Virus record (IMG/VR): IMGVR_UViG_3300028888_005256
Reading direction: 5' to 3' (one strand)
Length of the DNA stretch: 64,000 bases
From: a virus
Lineage: Duplodnaviria > Heunggongvirae > Uroviricota > Caudoviricetes
Made by a program: the position numbers and the translations under genes. The notes under the pieces were generated by a model that had not been told where the DNA came from, did no database searches, and saw only the letters and a list, made by a program, of their open reading frames with translations. Below are positions 17,526-26,789 of this stretch, one piece after another. Position 1 is the stretch's first letter; each line of letters opens with the position of its first letter.

Positions 17526-19640
17526 ATGAGTCAGAACACATTATTCAGTTTTTGGAACCCAAATGATCAGCAATATCCAGAAGTAGATTCTCTCGACTTT
17601 GGTGCATGGTTCGTAACAGATCCGGGTGAATTCAGAGGGAAAGAATACAAAGCAGGCGATTGGCTTATTTTCTTCTGCAAGAACAGAGGCCAAGAGAATG
17701 AGCATGCTGAGTGGAGAGTCTCAAATGGCATTGCAGTCTTCAATCAGACAAATGAGCCTGTAAAGCTTCCAGATCCTGGTACATACTCTAAAGTAAAGCT
17801 TGATAACAAAGGAAATATTGTCGATGCGGGTGATTTGACAGAAGACGATTTGCCAGATTCTTTCTTAAAGAAGATAGATAAACTTGCTGCAGTTTTGCAA
17901 GACAAGAATACTGAAATTCTTAAAAATGCTTTTCAGCAAGATATTCTAAATCCTATTCAAGCAGATTTTGATGAAGACACAGGCAAAATTACTCTTAGCT
18001 TGAAGCTAGATGAAGCAAGTATTTTCATAAATAAATATGGTCAGCTTCAGTCTAATGGAGAAGGCGAAGCAAGCTTTAATTCAGAAAGAATAGAAACTCT
18101 TGTAGAGAGTCTTAAAGAAGACGTAGAACCAGCTGCAGAGCAAACATTTATAGCAACTAACGAGCAAAAACAAGAAGATGAAGACAACTTACTTTATAAG
18201 ATTAATGGCTTGTCTATCGGCGACATTCTTATAAAGTTTAACAAGCTCTTGTCAGACCAAGAAGGTGCAATCAAGTATCTCAAGCAGCAAACTGCTATTG
18301 AAGACTCTGAAGATGGATTTAGGATCAAGCCAGCAAAACCTAATGACATAACAAAGGCAGTCTTCTATGTAGAAGGCGACTCAGAAGAGATGATAGACGT
18401 AGAGTCTGGTGACAAAGTAGTTTGCTACAAAACTTGCAAAATTTGCACTGACTCAAGAATTCACAAAGAGCATGACCGGCTTAGAGTCTATATAGATGAT
18501 GAAGAAGTTGATTCTTTGCTTTGTACTGATGTGAACGATGTGACTTTCTGCAGTGGAAGAAAAGGAAATTTTGAAATAACTGAGGGAGAAGCATATCCTG
18601 AAATTTCTATGTTCCATGGTTACTACAGAGCATATTCTTTCAAGTACAATCTTCCAGAGCTTTCAGAAGGTCATCATGTAATTAGATTCAAGACAGAGAA
18701 CATTCTTGACGTAACTGACACAAAGTTATCTTACAAAGTGCATGTAAACATTCGAAAGAATCTTATTCCACAGATAAAAAATGTTTCAGTAAGCTCACCA
18801 GTAGTTTCTAAGTATGTGTCAGGCTTTGAAGCAAACGAAGCTCAAGATTTGAATGTATCTTGGCAAGTAGATATTGGAGACAGCAAGTATTTGCCTAGCA
18901 GAGTTTCTTACATTGATTCTAAAGAAGTAGAGTATGACTCTCTAGAAAACGGAATTTTGCAATTTAGCTCTAAGCTCTACTGTGATGAAGACTCTGTCAA
19001 AGAAGATCACTTTATCTTATATGCTGAGTCTAAGTCAAAAATAAATCTCCCAGAATTCAATTTCGACAAAACTGATGTAGAAGAGAAATACAGATGCCAT
19101 ATTGAAAGAATACCTACGATAGGAAGCAGCTTAGTCACTTTAATGAATTTTTCTACAAAAGCAAACTTGCTATTAGAAGGCTTTGAGAAAGAATGCATTA
19201 TTAGAAACAATATTGCAATGCATGATGAGAGAAAAGCAGGCAATCAATATGTAGCACTAAAGTTTTCTTTACCAGAAAAGACTTACTTGAACAACTTTTA
19301 TGTCGATATTGTTGATAAAGACGGTAATGCTTTCCAGAGAAGACGAGACGGTACTCTAAAAGACATTGAAATCTATGCTGCATTGTCTACAAACATTTCT
19401 GCGTCATATTGGATTAATGGTAATGCACCGTATGCAGGCTATGGAAATAACAAATCATCACCTTTATTCGATGGCTTAGATTTGTTCAAGTCTACAAACG
19501 TTCGTAGACACATTACTTGGGGCCATAATCCAGAATATATCACTGGCAATTTGATTTTGATTTTGTCTGTGTCAAATACATTGGACTTAAATCGCATAAT
19601 AAAATCTGTAGAGGACAGCATTGATGAACGAATTCGATAA
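17526..19640 (+). CDS. large virion/fibre-like protein (start at ATG 17526 preferred over GTG 17487)
   Basis: ACTAA motif at 17511; GTG 17487 lies inside the terminator; N-terminal FWNP...AGDWLIF module and a C-terminal domain shared with the next gene. Confidence 0.6.
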   Translation: MSQNTLFSFWNPNDQQYPEVDSLDFGAWFVTDPGEFRGKEYKAGDWLIFFCKNRGQENEHAEWRVSNGIAVFNQTNEPVKLPDPGTYSKVKLDNKGNIVDAGDLTEDDLPDSFLKKIDKLAAVLQDKNTEILKNAFQQDILNPIQADFDEDTGKITLSLKLDEASIFINKYGQLQSNGEGEASFNSERIETLVESLKEDVEPAAEQTFIATNEQKQEDEDNLLYKINGLSIGDILIKFNKLLSDQEGAIKYLKQQTAIEDSEDGFRIKPAKPNDITKAVFYVEGDSEEMIDVESGDKVVCYKTCKICTDSRIHKEHDRLRVYIDDEEVDSLLCTDVNDVTFCSGRKGNFEITEGEAYPEISMFHGYYRAYSFKYNLPELSEGHHVIRFKTENILDVTDTKLSYKVHVNIRKNLIPQIKNVSVSSPVVSKYVSGFEANEAQDLNVSWQVDIGDSKYLPSRVSYIDSKEVEYDSLENGILQFSSKLYCDEDSVKEDHFILYAESKSKINLPEFNFDKTDVEEKYRCHIERIPTIGSSLVTLMNFSTKANLLLEGFEKECIIRNNIAMHDERKAGNQYVALKFSLPEKTYLNNFYVDIVDKDGNAFQRRRDGTLKDIEIYAALSTNISASYWINGNAPYAGYGNNKSSPLFDGLDLFKSTNVRRHITWGHNPEYITGNLILILSVSNTLDLNRIIKSVEDSIDERIR

Positions 19641-21630
19641 TTACCAAAAGAACTCTGTGCAGGGTGCATTCAAGCAGAGCTTGCACAATGTCTCTAATAC
19701 TGATGATAATCTTGCTTGGTACGAGGAGATTGGAGAGACTTTTGCTCGTAGCGACTCTGCTACAATCTGGCATGACTACAAATACATAAATGATGATCCA
19801 GGCAATGCATCTGAGTTTTATGCAAATGTGAACTCTACAAAACTGCTTGTATGGAAGAAATATGAAAAACTCAGATTGAAGCCAGTGAATAATAAGAACA
19901 GCGTGTTCTATAATGAGTTGTTCAATAAGATTATCTTAAAAGAAAATTTCAGAGTATTCCTTTATGATGCGCAAGGTGATCAAATCCCTTTCGGACTAAA
20001 CAGATGGACTTACTCATCTAACAATGGTTATTTGTCTTTCTTAGACGGAAAACCAGAGGGATATGATTGTTCTTATGTATATGTAACATTCTATAGATAT
20101 GAAGGCAGAATGCTAAAAGACTCTGTTCTTTCTACTGAAGGCGATTGCAAAATGCTTGAAGGCTACACTCCTAGAGAAGACCTTGGCATTGCTACAAAAG
20201 GCTATGTAGACTCTGTAGAGAGAAAAGCTTTAGACACTCTGGACAGAATGACTCCACCAGAGCCTCTGTCTTTGAATGATGCAAATCTTACAATTGTATC
20301 AAAAACATTTTCTGCTAGAAGCTTAGTAACTGGAGAGATTGAGAAAAATATCATAATGTCTCATGATACAATAGAGATTGTTACTGATAGGTTCTGGAAA
20401 AGAGGCTTTACTGAATTTGAACTTTTAGTAAACAATGGTCTTGTCACAACATTCAATATCTTAGAAGATGAGAAAAATGACTTTCTGTCTGTAATCTATG
20501 ACGGAGACTTTTATGAGGAACAATTTGCATCTAGAGGATTCTATGAAGGACTTCAGCTAAAGATTACGATTATGCCAAACAAACTTCCGTATGTTATGAC
20601 AAACTGGGCTAAAGACTCTGTAACTGTGAGAGCTCGAGACAAGGCTGAGATATTTACTTCAAAGTCTGTAACTTTTGGCGTAGAAAAAGATGATATAAGA
20701 AAAACTGAGTCTATCTTCTTAGTAGAGCCTCGTCTATCTTTTGAATTTGGTCTAGACATCTCAAGACATGTATCGGGCGTATCTACTTTCAAAGCTGGTG
20801 CACCTCTAAGAATTTTCAACTACAAAAATGTTTCTTTGCATAACTTCTTCTTAGAAGATCAGAGAATCGGAAATTTGAAAGTTCTTGGCTATGATGTAGA
20901 CCAGTTTGCATCATGTGTGCATCAAAGAGAGCCAGAGTTTGAAGTAGTTCTTGATGGTGTAGTACCAGATAATTATTATGAAGAAGTTCCGCAACTTTAT
21001 TACAAGAGCTATGATTTGTCTGGCAAAGAAGTTCTTTCTCATCATGACTTCTGTTATGCAAGAATTGACACTATTTCTGATGAGTCAAATAGACTTACAA
21101 ATGATGAAGACCTCTCAGCATGGGACTCATCGAAGAGCATTGCAGACACAAATGAGCTTCAAATGTGTGGCGGAAAAATGATTTGGCCAGAGCATGACTA
21201 TTCTGTGAATGGTGTTTACTTCAACTTAAACAAGCTTGCAGATCTTGGTCCTGGCATCAACTACACGATGGTGCCAAAATCAGGCGTAAGGTATGCAGTT
21301 TTCTCTTGTAAAGCAGAAAGAGACACTTCTGGCATTTACATTGAGATTCCTGAGCTTGACCAAGACAGAGAAACTTTTGCATTTAAGATCACATCTGTAG
21401 AAATAAAAGTAATCGGAAAAACAGGTTGGCTTAATGCTAAAAAAGTTTTTGACGGCTTACATAATCCTACTAAAGACGGTGATGGATGCTTGTCTGCTCA
21501 GAAGTCGAACAAACATAAGATCTATTGCACATTCGGCTCTCAAGTATTCAAAGGCACTATTGCAGTAAGAATCGGCAGAACTTATGAAGAAAAAGATTTT
21601 ACAAAGCCTGTTTTAGAGATTGTGAACTAA
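19621..21630 (+). CDS. large virion-like protein, paralogous C-terminus to the upstream gene
   Basis: 669 aa; HVSGV and GWLNA..FDG...GDGCL...CTFG versus YVSGF and YWING...FDGL...ITWG in the previous gene. Confidence 0.6.
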   Translation: MMNEFDNYQKNSVQGAFKQSLHNVSNTDDNLAWYEEIGETFARSDSATIWHDYKYINDDPGNASEFYANVNSTKLLVWKKYEKLRLKPVNNKNSVFYNELFNKIILKENFRVFLYDAQGDQIPFGLNRWTYSSNNGYLSFLDGKPEGYDCSYVYVTFYRYEGRMLKDSVLSTEGDCKMLEGYTPREDLGIATKGYVDSVERKALDTLDRMTPPEPLSLNDANLTIVSKTFSARSLVTGEIEKNIIMSHDTIEIVTDRFWKRGFTEFELLVNNGLVTTFNILEDEKNDFLSVIYDGDFYEEQFASRGFYEGLQLKITIMPNKLPYVMTNWAKDSVTVRARDKAEIFTSKSVTFGVEKDDIRKTESIFLVEPRLSFEFGLDISRHVSGVSTFKAGAPLRIFNYKNVSLHNFFLEDQRIGNLKVLGYDVDQFASCVHQREPEFEVVLDGVVPDNYYEEVPQLYYKSYDLSGKEVLSHHDFCYARIDTISDESNRLTNDEDLSAWDSSKSIADTNELQMCGGKMIWPEHDYSVNGVYFNLNKLADLGPGINYTMVPKSGVRYAVFSCKAERDTSGIYIEIPELDQDRETFAFKITSVEIKVIGKTGWLNAKKVFDGLHNPTKDGDGCLSAQKSNKHKIYCTFGSQVFKGTIAVRIGRTYEEKDFTKPVLEIVN

Positions 21631-21641
21631 CTTTTATAATT

Positions 21642-21851
21642 ATGAAACAATTAATCAAAGATATTTATGATATATGCGGTTTGAAAGTCACAGAAGACTA
21701 TCTTGAAGAGATCTTCGATGATTTTATTTTTACAAAAAAAGACTTGAAAGAAATCTTCAGATTGTTATCTCCTGAGCTTTCAGATACTGCTTTGACTAAA
21801 ATCGCAGATAGAATTGTTGAAGCTTATTCTAATGGAGAGTATTGGGTATGA
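21642..21851 (+). CDS. hypothetical protein
   Basis: 69-aa ORF, coupled to the next gene. Confidence 0.55.
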   Translation: MKQLIKDIYDICGLKVTEDYLEEIFDDFIFTKKDLKEIFRLLSPELSDTALTKIADRIVEAYSNGEYWV

Positions 21852-22087
21852 AAAACAAAATCATTCCTGAATTTTGCGAAAAAGCAAAAGAGTTCCTCAC
21901 TGATGAGGAAATGGAAAAAGCAGTAAAGATTGTTGAAGATTCAGTATTGTTTGACTTCTTTCAGAAAGACTTGTCTGAAGAGCCAGTTGATTCTTTTGTA
22001 GAGAGACTGGACAAAGAATTCGACTCTACGACTGCGATGAAAATTGCAAATATCTATTTTGACATTGTTGAAGAGCATAAATGCTAA
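21842..22087 (+). CDS. hypothetical protein, similar to the preceding small ORF
   Basis: 81 aa; both end in an acidic helix (DTALTKIADRI / DSTTAMKIANI). Confidence 0.55.
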   Translation: MGMKNKIIPEFCEKAKEFLTDEEMEKAVKIVEDSVLFDFFQKDLSEEPVDSFVERLDKEFDSTTAMKIANIYFDIVEEHKC

Positions 22088-22593
22088 AAACTACTTTTGA
22101 AGCTGGGCCAGTCTTAGACTGGCCTGATGAATATAATTTACTAGTCTCAGACGCAAAGACTTTGAGAAAGTTTTATGAAGCCAACAAAGACTTTTATGAA
22201 GCACATCTCGACTTAGATGATATTGATGACTCTCAAATAGAGACTGCTTCTGACACTATATGTGAAATGCTTAATGGAAAAAGTAAGTCCACAGACAAAA
22301 TAACTCTTTATAGAGGGATTGTTTTGTTTGATGATGAAAAAGTTGATTTAGAGAAACCTGGCTACTGCTGGTCTTGGAATGAAGGCACTGCAGAACACTT
22401 GGCAACTGAATTGAATGACCCTTGCTTAGATGCAAGAACTGTTGTCTTAGAAGCTGAATGTGAGCTTAGAAACTTAGACTTACTTTATATGATTCTTCTT
22501 AATGCACTTGAGCCTGATGAAAAAGAGGCAAGAGTTATTGATGATTGTCTCTTAGAGAATGTGCATATACTAAAAGACTTTAAGCCAGAATAA
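22081..22593 (+). CDS. ADP-ribosyltransferase-fold protein
   Basis: ITLYRGI (R motif), CWSW...AEHLA (S motif), EPDEKEARV (ExE motif). Confidence 0.5.
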   Translation: MLKTTFEAGPVLDWPDEYNLLVSDAKTLRKFYEANKDFYEAHLDLDDIDDSQIETASDTICEMLNGKSKSTDKITLYRGIVLFDDEKVDLEKPGYCWSWNEGTAEHLATELNDPCLDARTVVLEAECELRNLDLLYMILLNALEPDEKEARVIDDCLLENVHILKDFKPE

Positions 22594-22804
22594 GATCGTC
22601 TGTCGCAACAATAGTCAATTTAGACTTATCGTCTACTGGCGATACTAAGCAAAATCTTCCAAGAACATCTGTTATAATCATTTTTTCTGTTCTTTTATAT
22701 ACGCAAGGACAAACCAAAGGAAGTCCTCTGCGTAGATACTTAGCATGCTCCTTCAAAGAAGGAGCAGATGCTTGTGCTATATAGCAAATATCGCCTTTTT
22801 GCAT
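22580..22804 (-). CDS. hypothetical protein
   Basis: 74-aa ORF following 22808-23608. Confidence 0.5.
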   Translation of the reverse strand: MQKGDICYIAQASAPSLKEHAKYLRRGLPLVCPCVYKRTEKMIITDVLGRFCLVSPVDDKSKLTIVATDDLILA

Positions 22805-22807
22805 CTT

Positions 22808-23608
22808 TTATGGAAGTTTTACGTCCAATACTGAATCAGATGCAGGAAGACTAAGAGAAACTCTTAATCCAATTTTTCTTGCAATGTCGGCAACTTCTGT
22901 AAATTTAGCAGGGTCAGTAACAACTGCAATGAATCTGTCAATTGGCTGTACACCCTGACAAGACTGGAAGAACTTTCCAAACTCTTCAAGATCTTCTGCA
23001 GAATTGACTTTCATTGCACAGTGCGCAAAATTTGAATTCAAAGCATCAAGAATAGCAAGATTGTTCAAGCTGTCTCTTGTAGCTTTGTCACTCGGTACAA
23101 GAACATATATAAGATTGAAATGCTCATACCAAGACTCTTCATGAGTGCCTTCACTGTCATCATTTGAAATCTGAATACCAAGAGCCATTTCAGTAGGCGT
23201 TCCAATGTACTGAATGAGAGGTGAATTCTTTGGAGTGCGACCATCAAATCTTACAAATGAGTTCTGAGGTCCCTGATAGAGCCAGAATTCATGATAAAAA
23301 GCTTCGAACAATGCAGAGAATGCTTTCTTATTTGCTTCTACCATAAGGCCATCGCCTCTAATGAACAATCGTCTCTTTCCATCAAGAACTTCGTCCCAGT
23401 CTTCTTGAAGCTCTTTCTTAGAAATAATTGCATGAATGTCATTAAGAAGACTCATTCCAATCTTCTTTGCATTCCCTGATGCATTTGCTTTGTCTGCAAG
23501 TTCTTCGTACTCTTTGCTGTCTGTCTCTACATCTACATAGAAAACAATCTGACCTGCTAGAGGCTCAAAAGGGAAGTAACCGCAATCAACATTAGCTATT
23601 TTTAGCAT
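22808..23608 (-). CDS. QueE/NrdG-like radical-SAM-fold protein lacking CxxxCxxC
   Basis: MLKIANV..F..EPLAGQIVFY, FIRGDGLM in place of GGEPL, MKVNSAEDL and GLRVSLSLP follow the QueE layout. Confidence 0.3.
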   Translation of the reverse strand: MLKIANVDCGYFPFEPLAGQIVFYVDVETDSKEYEELADKANASGNAKKIGMSLLNDIHAIISKKELQEDWDEVLDGKRRLFIRGDGLMVEANKKAFSALFEAFYHEFWLYQGPQNSFVRFDGRTPKNSPLIQYIGTPTEMALGIQISNDDSEGTHEESWYEHFNLIYVLVPSDKATRDSLNNLAILDALNSNFAHCAMKVNSAEDLEEFGKFFQSCQGVQPIDRFIAVVTDPAKFTEVADIARKIGLRVSLSLPASDSVLDVKLP

Positions 23609-24023
23609 TTAAGCTCTCCTTGTACTCATTGAGTTTTTCTTTATTTTTTTCCATTAAAGCTTTAACAGAATTTTTGTCTGCAAAGTCTTCTGGCATGATA
23701 AGCTGAAGAATAGGCTGATTTATGCCATTTGCAAAATCAACAAGCTCTGGCCCGTTAAGCTGGCTTAATGAAACGCCTACGTTTTTAAGACCGATTTTCG
23801 CTGCGTAGCCAAGAACAGTGTTTATAAATTCTTGCTGTAGATTGTCTCTGTTCTCTTCTTTTGCATTTTTGAATGTTTCTCGTTTCTTTTCCAATGCTGG
23901 AACAAAAAGAATTATAGAGCCGAGAGCCCACAATAAAACAGCTACGTACTGTGATTCACGAGTAGCTGCAAAAATACTTGAAATCATCATGGCACTAATA
24001 GCCAATCTATCTAATAATGACAT
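23592..24023 (-). CDS. hypothetical membrane protein
   Basis: two N-terminal hydrophobic segments; GTTAATATT motif upstream. Confidence 0.6.
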   Translation of the reverse strand: MSLLDRLAISAMMISSIFAATRESQYVAVLLWALGSIILFVPALEKKRETFKNAKEENRDNLQQEFINTVLGYAAKIGLKNVGVSLSQLNGPELVDFANGINQPILQLIMPEDFADKNSVKALMEKNKEKLNEYKESLNAKNS

Positions 24024-24042
24024 AAAGAAATATTAACATTCT

Positions 24043-24217
24043 AAAAAAATTAATAGCAGCTTCATACCTCCTACAATACCCTGATCGTCCCCACTAATAG
24101 TTGACGAATTCGTTATTATGCATAAAAACATAGAGATAAACTTAAATAAGAAAAAATAATTAATAGCAGCCCCTCCCCTCAGTACTGATCGTCCCCATTA
24201 ATAGTTGACGAATTCGT
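24043..24217 (+). repeat. tandem pair of dispersed elements E3 (core 24091-24112) and E4 (core 24195-24216)
   Basis: TAATAGCAGC...CTGATCGTCCCCA(C/T)TAATAGTTGACGAATTCGTT twice, 104 bp apart. Confidence 0.9.
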
Positions 24218-24248
24218 TTTTCTAAAATGAATTGTTAATATACATTTT

Positions 24249-24608
24249 ATGGAATATAAAGATGTAAAACCGCTCTTGAATTTTAAGGGCAAAGACATTT
24301 ATGAAGGCATTTACTATGAATGCGAAAATTACAAAGTGGGTGATGTCACTTACACAGCAGTTAGCTTCTTTTCTGTAGAAGATGTAATTAGAGTCAGATT
24401 TGTAAATACAGTAGATCCAAATATCTCTGAGTACAAATTCAACAAAGACATCGAAGACAAGCTTACACTTACTGGTGACATTAATGTCGAAAAGACAACT
24501 GGCAAGCTTAATGCATTAGAAGAACTGCATAAAGAAGCTATGCAGAGACTTTCTGACTATGCAGTCACTTTTGCTATTGCAGTTTCAAAAAATGGAAGTA
24601 AAAGCTAA
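24249..24608 (+). CDS. hypothetical protein
   Basis: 119-aa ORF after GTTAATA motif. Confidence 0.6.
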   Translation: MEYKDVKPLLNFKGKDIYEGIYYECENYKVGDVTYTAVSFFSVEDVIRVRFVNTVDPNISEYKFNKDIEDKLTLTGDINVEKTTGKLNALEELHKEAMQRLSDYAVTFAIAVSKNGSKS

Positions 24609-25163
24609 ATGATTGTTGTTGTAATGGGCTCTTCTGGTAGCGGAAAAAGTGTCTTCATTGAGAAAGTTCTTAAAGAGAAATGCTCATCTGAAGAGAATAT
24701 TTGTTTAATGAAGAATCTTATAAAAGCATCTGAATCAGTAGAGAGCTTTATTGCGAATGAAAGACTTATAAAGGAGTCTAAATCAAAAGCTGAGACTGAT
24801 GCAAAGACTCTCAGAACAGGAATAGAAATTGCAGATTGTCTTTCAGGATTTTTGAGTAAGTTCTCTAAAGAACAGCTTGAGTCAGATGATTTGTTTGTCA
24901 TTGACAATCCAGTGAAATCTTATCATCAAGCAAAGCATGTCGGTAATCTCTTGAAAGACTACTCTAATGTGAAGCTTGTTTCTATTGAGAATACTCGTAA
25001 TGATGATGATTCTTTAGAGAAAAGAGATGAAGCAGAGAATCTTTCTTTTACAAGAGAGTGGCTCCCTATAAGAAAAACTCTAGAGGCTGCTACTGGCAAG
25101 AAAGTCATTATTGTAGAAAATACTGATGATGGCTTTAAGAATTACGAGCAAATTTTTGAGTAA
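24609..25163 (+). CDS. P-loop kinase-like protein
   Basis: N-terminal IVVVMGSSGSGKS; FVIDN. Confidence 0.7.
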   Translation: MIVVVMGSSGSGKSVFIEKVLKEKCSSEENICLMKNLIKASESVESFIANERLIKESKSKAETDAKTLRTGIEIADCLSGFLSKFSKEQLESDDLFVIDNPVKSYHQAKHVGNLLKDYSNVKLVSIENTRNDDDSLEKRDEAENLSFTREWLPIRKTLEAATGKKVIIVENTDDGFKNYEQIFE

Positions 25164-25200
25164 AAAAATAAAGGGTGCCAAAAGCACCCTTTTTCTTTTT
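25164..25200. terminator. bidirectional intrinsic terminator
   Basis: AAGGGTGC-caaaa-GCACCCTT with A-run and T-run. Confidence 0.8.
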
Positions 25201-25203
25201 AAG

Positions 25204-26736
25204 CTAAACTAAAAATTGTTGAATTTTCATTTTAGGAAAATATCCACTCACATCCATTGGCTCAACACCCTTCTCATAAGACCACTGAAGACCATATTGA
25301 TATGAGAATTTTTTAAGTGGCTCTTCCCAGGTACTAAGGCTGTCCTGAAAATCAGATATTACGATAAAAACTCCGTCTTTGTCATGGATAAGATAATTGT
25401 CTGCAATGTACTGAATGCCCCTTGCCAAATAGGTGCAATCGCCCTGCGGCACATAGTCCAAAGACTCGTGCAATCGTTTTGCACATAGCAGTTGAGTGTC
25501 CCAATAAACTACTCTTGAATTTCTGCCAACTTTTGGTGCGACATTTTTACAGACATTTACAATTCTCTCTACAGCATCTGTTGGGACTGAGCTAGAGCAG
25601 TCTACGAGAATATAAACATTTTCAAGTTTTCTAAGAGTATTTTCTCTTGTTCGAGGAACTAAGACCTGCTTAGTCTTTCCTCGATTATAATTGAACAATT
25701 GATCATGCTTTTGAGTGACTTTTGACTGCTTGACAGCTGCGTCGATGATAAAGCTCTCAATGCTTTTTAGGCTCTCCTTAAATGCTTTAGAGAGCTTATG
25801 CAGTTGTGAACCATTGTCACCACCATTTGAGTAGGAAAAACTATGGCGCTCAAATATCTGCTCTTCACTTTGGTCTTTAGACTCATCAATGCTCTGCGCA
25901 ACCGGCTGGTCATCAGAGAAAGTGTCACGAGTAGAGGAACCGTCAATGTCACCTTTGTCAATAGCACTTTTAGGAATTTTTCCACCAGAGGAAGGTCCAC
26001 TAGAGGGACTACCGCTATTATCAGGACTCCCCTGACTAAGACGATTGTTGTAGTTTTTGACAAGCTCCTGCATAAATTTTTCAGGATTAGCTAAAATCAG
26101 GTCTAAGTATGCAATCCAGTTTAGCTTTCTTGGAAATTTGTAGTCGTCAGGGAACATTCCCTTTGCAACAGGTTTTTTAGTTTTTGCATACTCCTGGAGA
26201 ATTTTTTTATTTGCAGGATTGTCTGACATTGTAGCAAGAACATGCGTCTCAAGAGCGTAGTTCAACATGTCTTTTTCATCTTCATCGAAGAAAGTAGTGT
26301 TGACTTCAAAATCTTGTGCAATATTTGCAATCATTGAAATAAGATTTTTCTGTGTTTCCTGTATTTCTTGAAAAGTGGGCTGTCTGTCCATTTCCCAGTC
26401 AACATACTTTTTAAGTCCTGGCCAATGAGCTTTTATTGCAATTGCAACTCGTTCAAACTCTTTCTCAAAGCCAAATCTTATATGCTGCAATAAAAGGTGA
26501 CCACATTCATGGATATTAAAAGCGTCATAGCACTCAGGGACTCTGTTACTTACGAATTTTTCATAAATAGAGCTATCGCCTTTCCTAGTGACATAAGCGA
26601 TTGAGTCCTTTACAGTAGAGCTGCTAAGATTGTTTACGACAATCGAGTCCATCATGTCTTCAACTCTCTTCTTGTGATGGAAAGAATATTTGGATAATTT
26701 TTCAGCTCTAGATTTTAAGTAGTCAGAAAATTTCAT
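25204..26736 (-). CDS. HExxH metallopeptidase-like plus VWA domain protein (DUF2201-like)
   Basis: IHECGHLL; Ser/Gly/Pro linker; MIDAS-like ILVDCSSS, YWDTQ, GDCT, VISDFQ. Confidence 0.8.
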   Translation of the reverse strand: MKFSDYLKSRAEKLSKYSFHHKKRVEDMMDSIVVNNLSSSTVKDSIAYVTRKGDSSIYEKFVSNRVPECYDAFNIHECGHLLLQHIRFGFEKEFERVAIAIKAHWPGLKKYVDWEMDRQPTFQEIQETQKNLISMIANIAQDFEVNTTFFDEDEKDMLNYALETHVLATMSDNPANKKILQEYAKTKKPVAKGMFPDDYKFPRKLNWIAYLDLILANPEKFMQELVKNYNNRLSQGSPDNSGSPSSGPSSGGKIPKSAIDKGDIDGSSTRDTFSDDQPVAQSIDESKDQSEEQIFERHSFSYSNGGDNGSQLHKLSKAFKESLKSIESFIIDAAVKQSKVTQKHDQLFNYNRGKTKQVLVPRTRENTLRKLENVYILVDCSSSVPTDAVERIVNVCKNVAPKVGRNSRVVYWDTQLLCAKRLHESLDYVPQGDCTYLARGIQYIADNYLIHDKDGVFIVISDFQDSLSTWEEPLKKFSYQYGLQWSYEKGVEPMDVSGYFPKMKIQQFLV

Positions 26737-26789
26737 TTTAGTAATCCCTCAATAATAATATAATAAAAGAAGTGCACTAATTTTATAAG

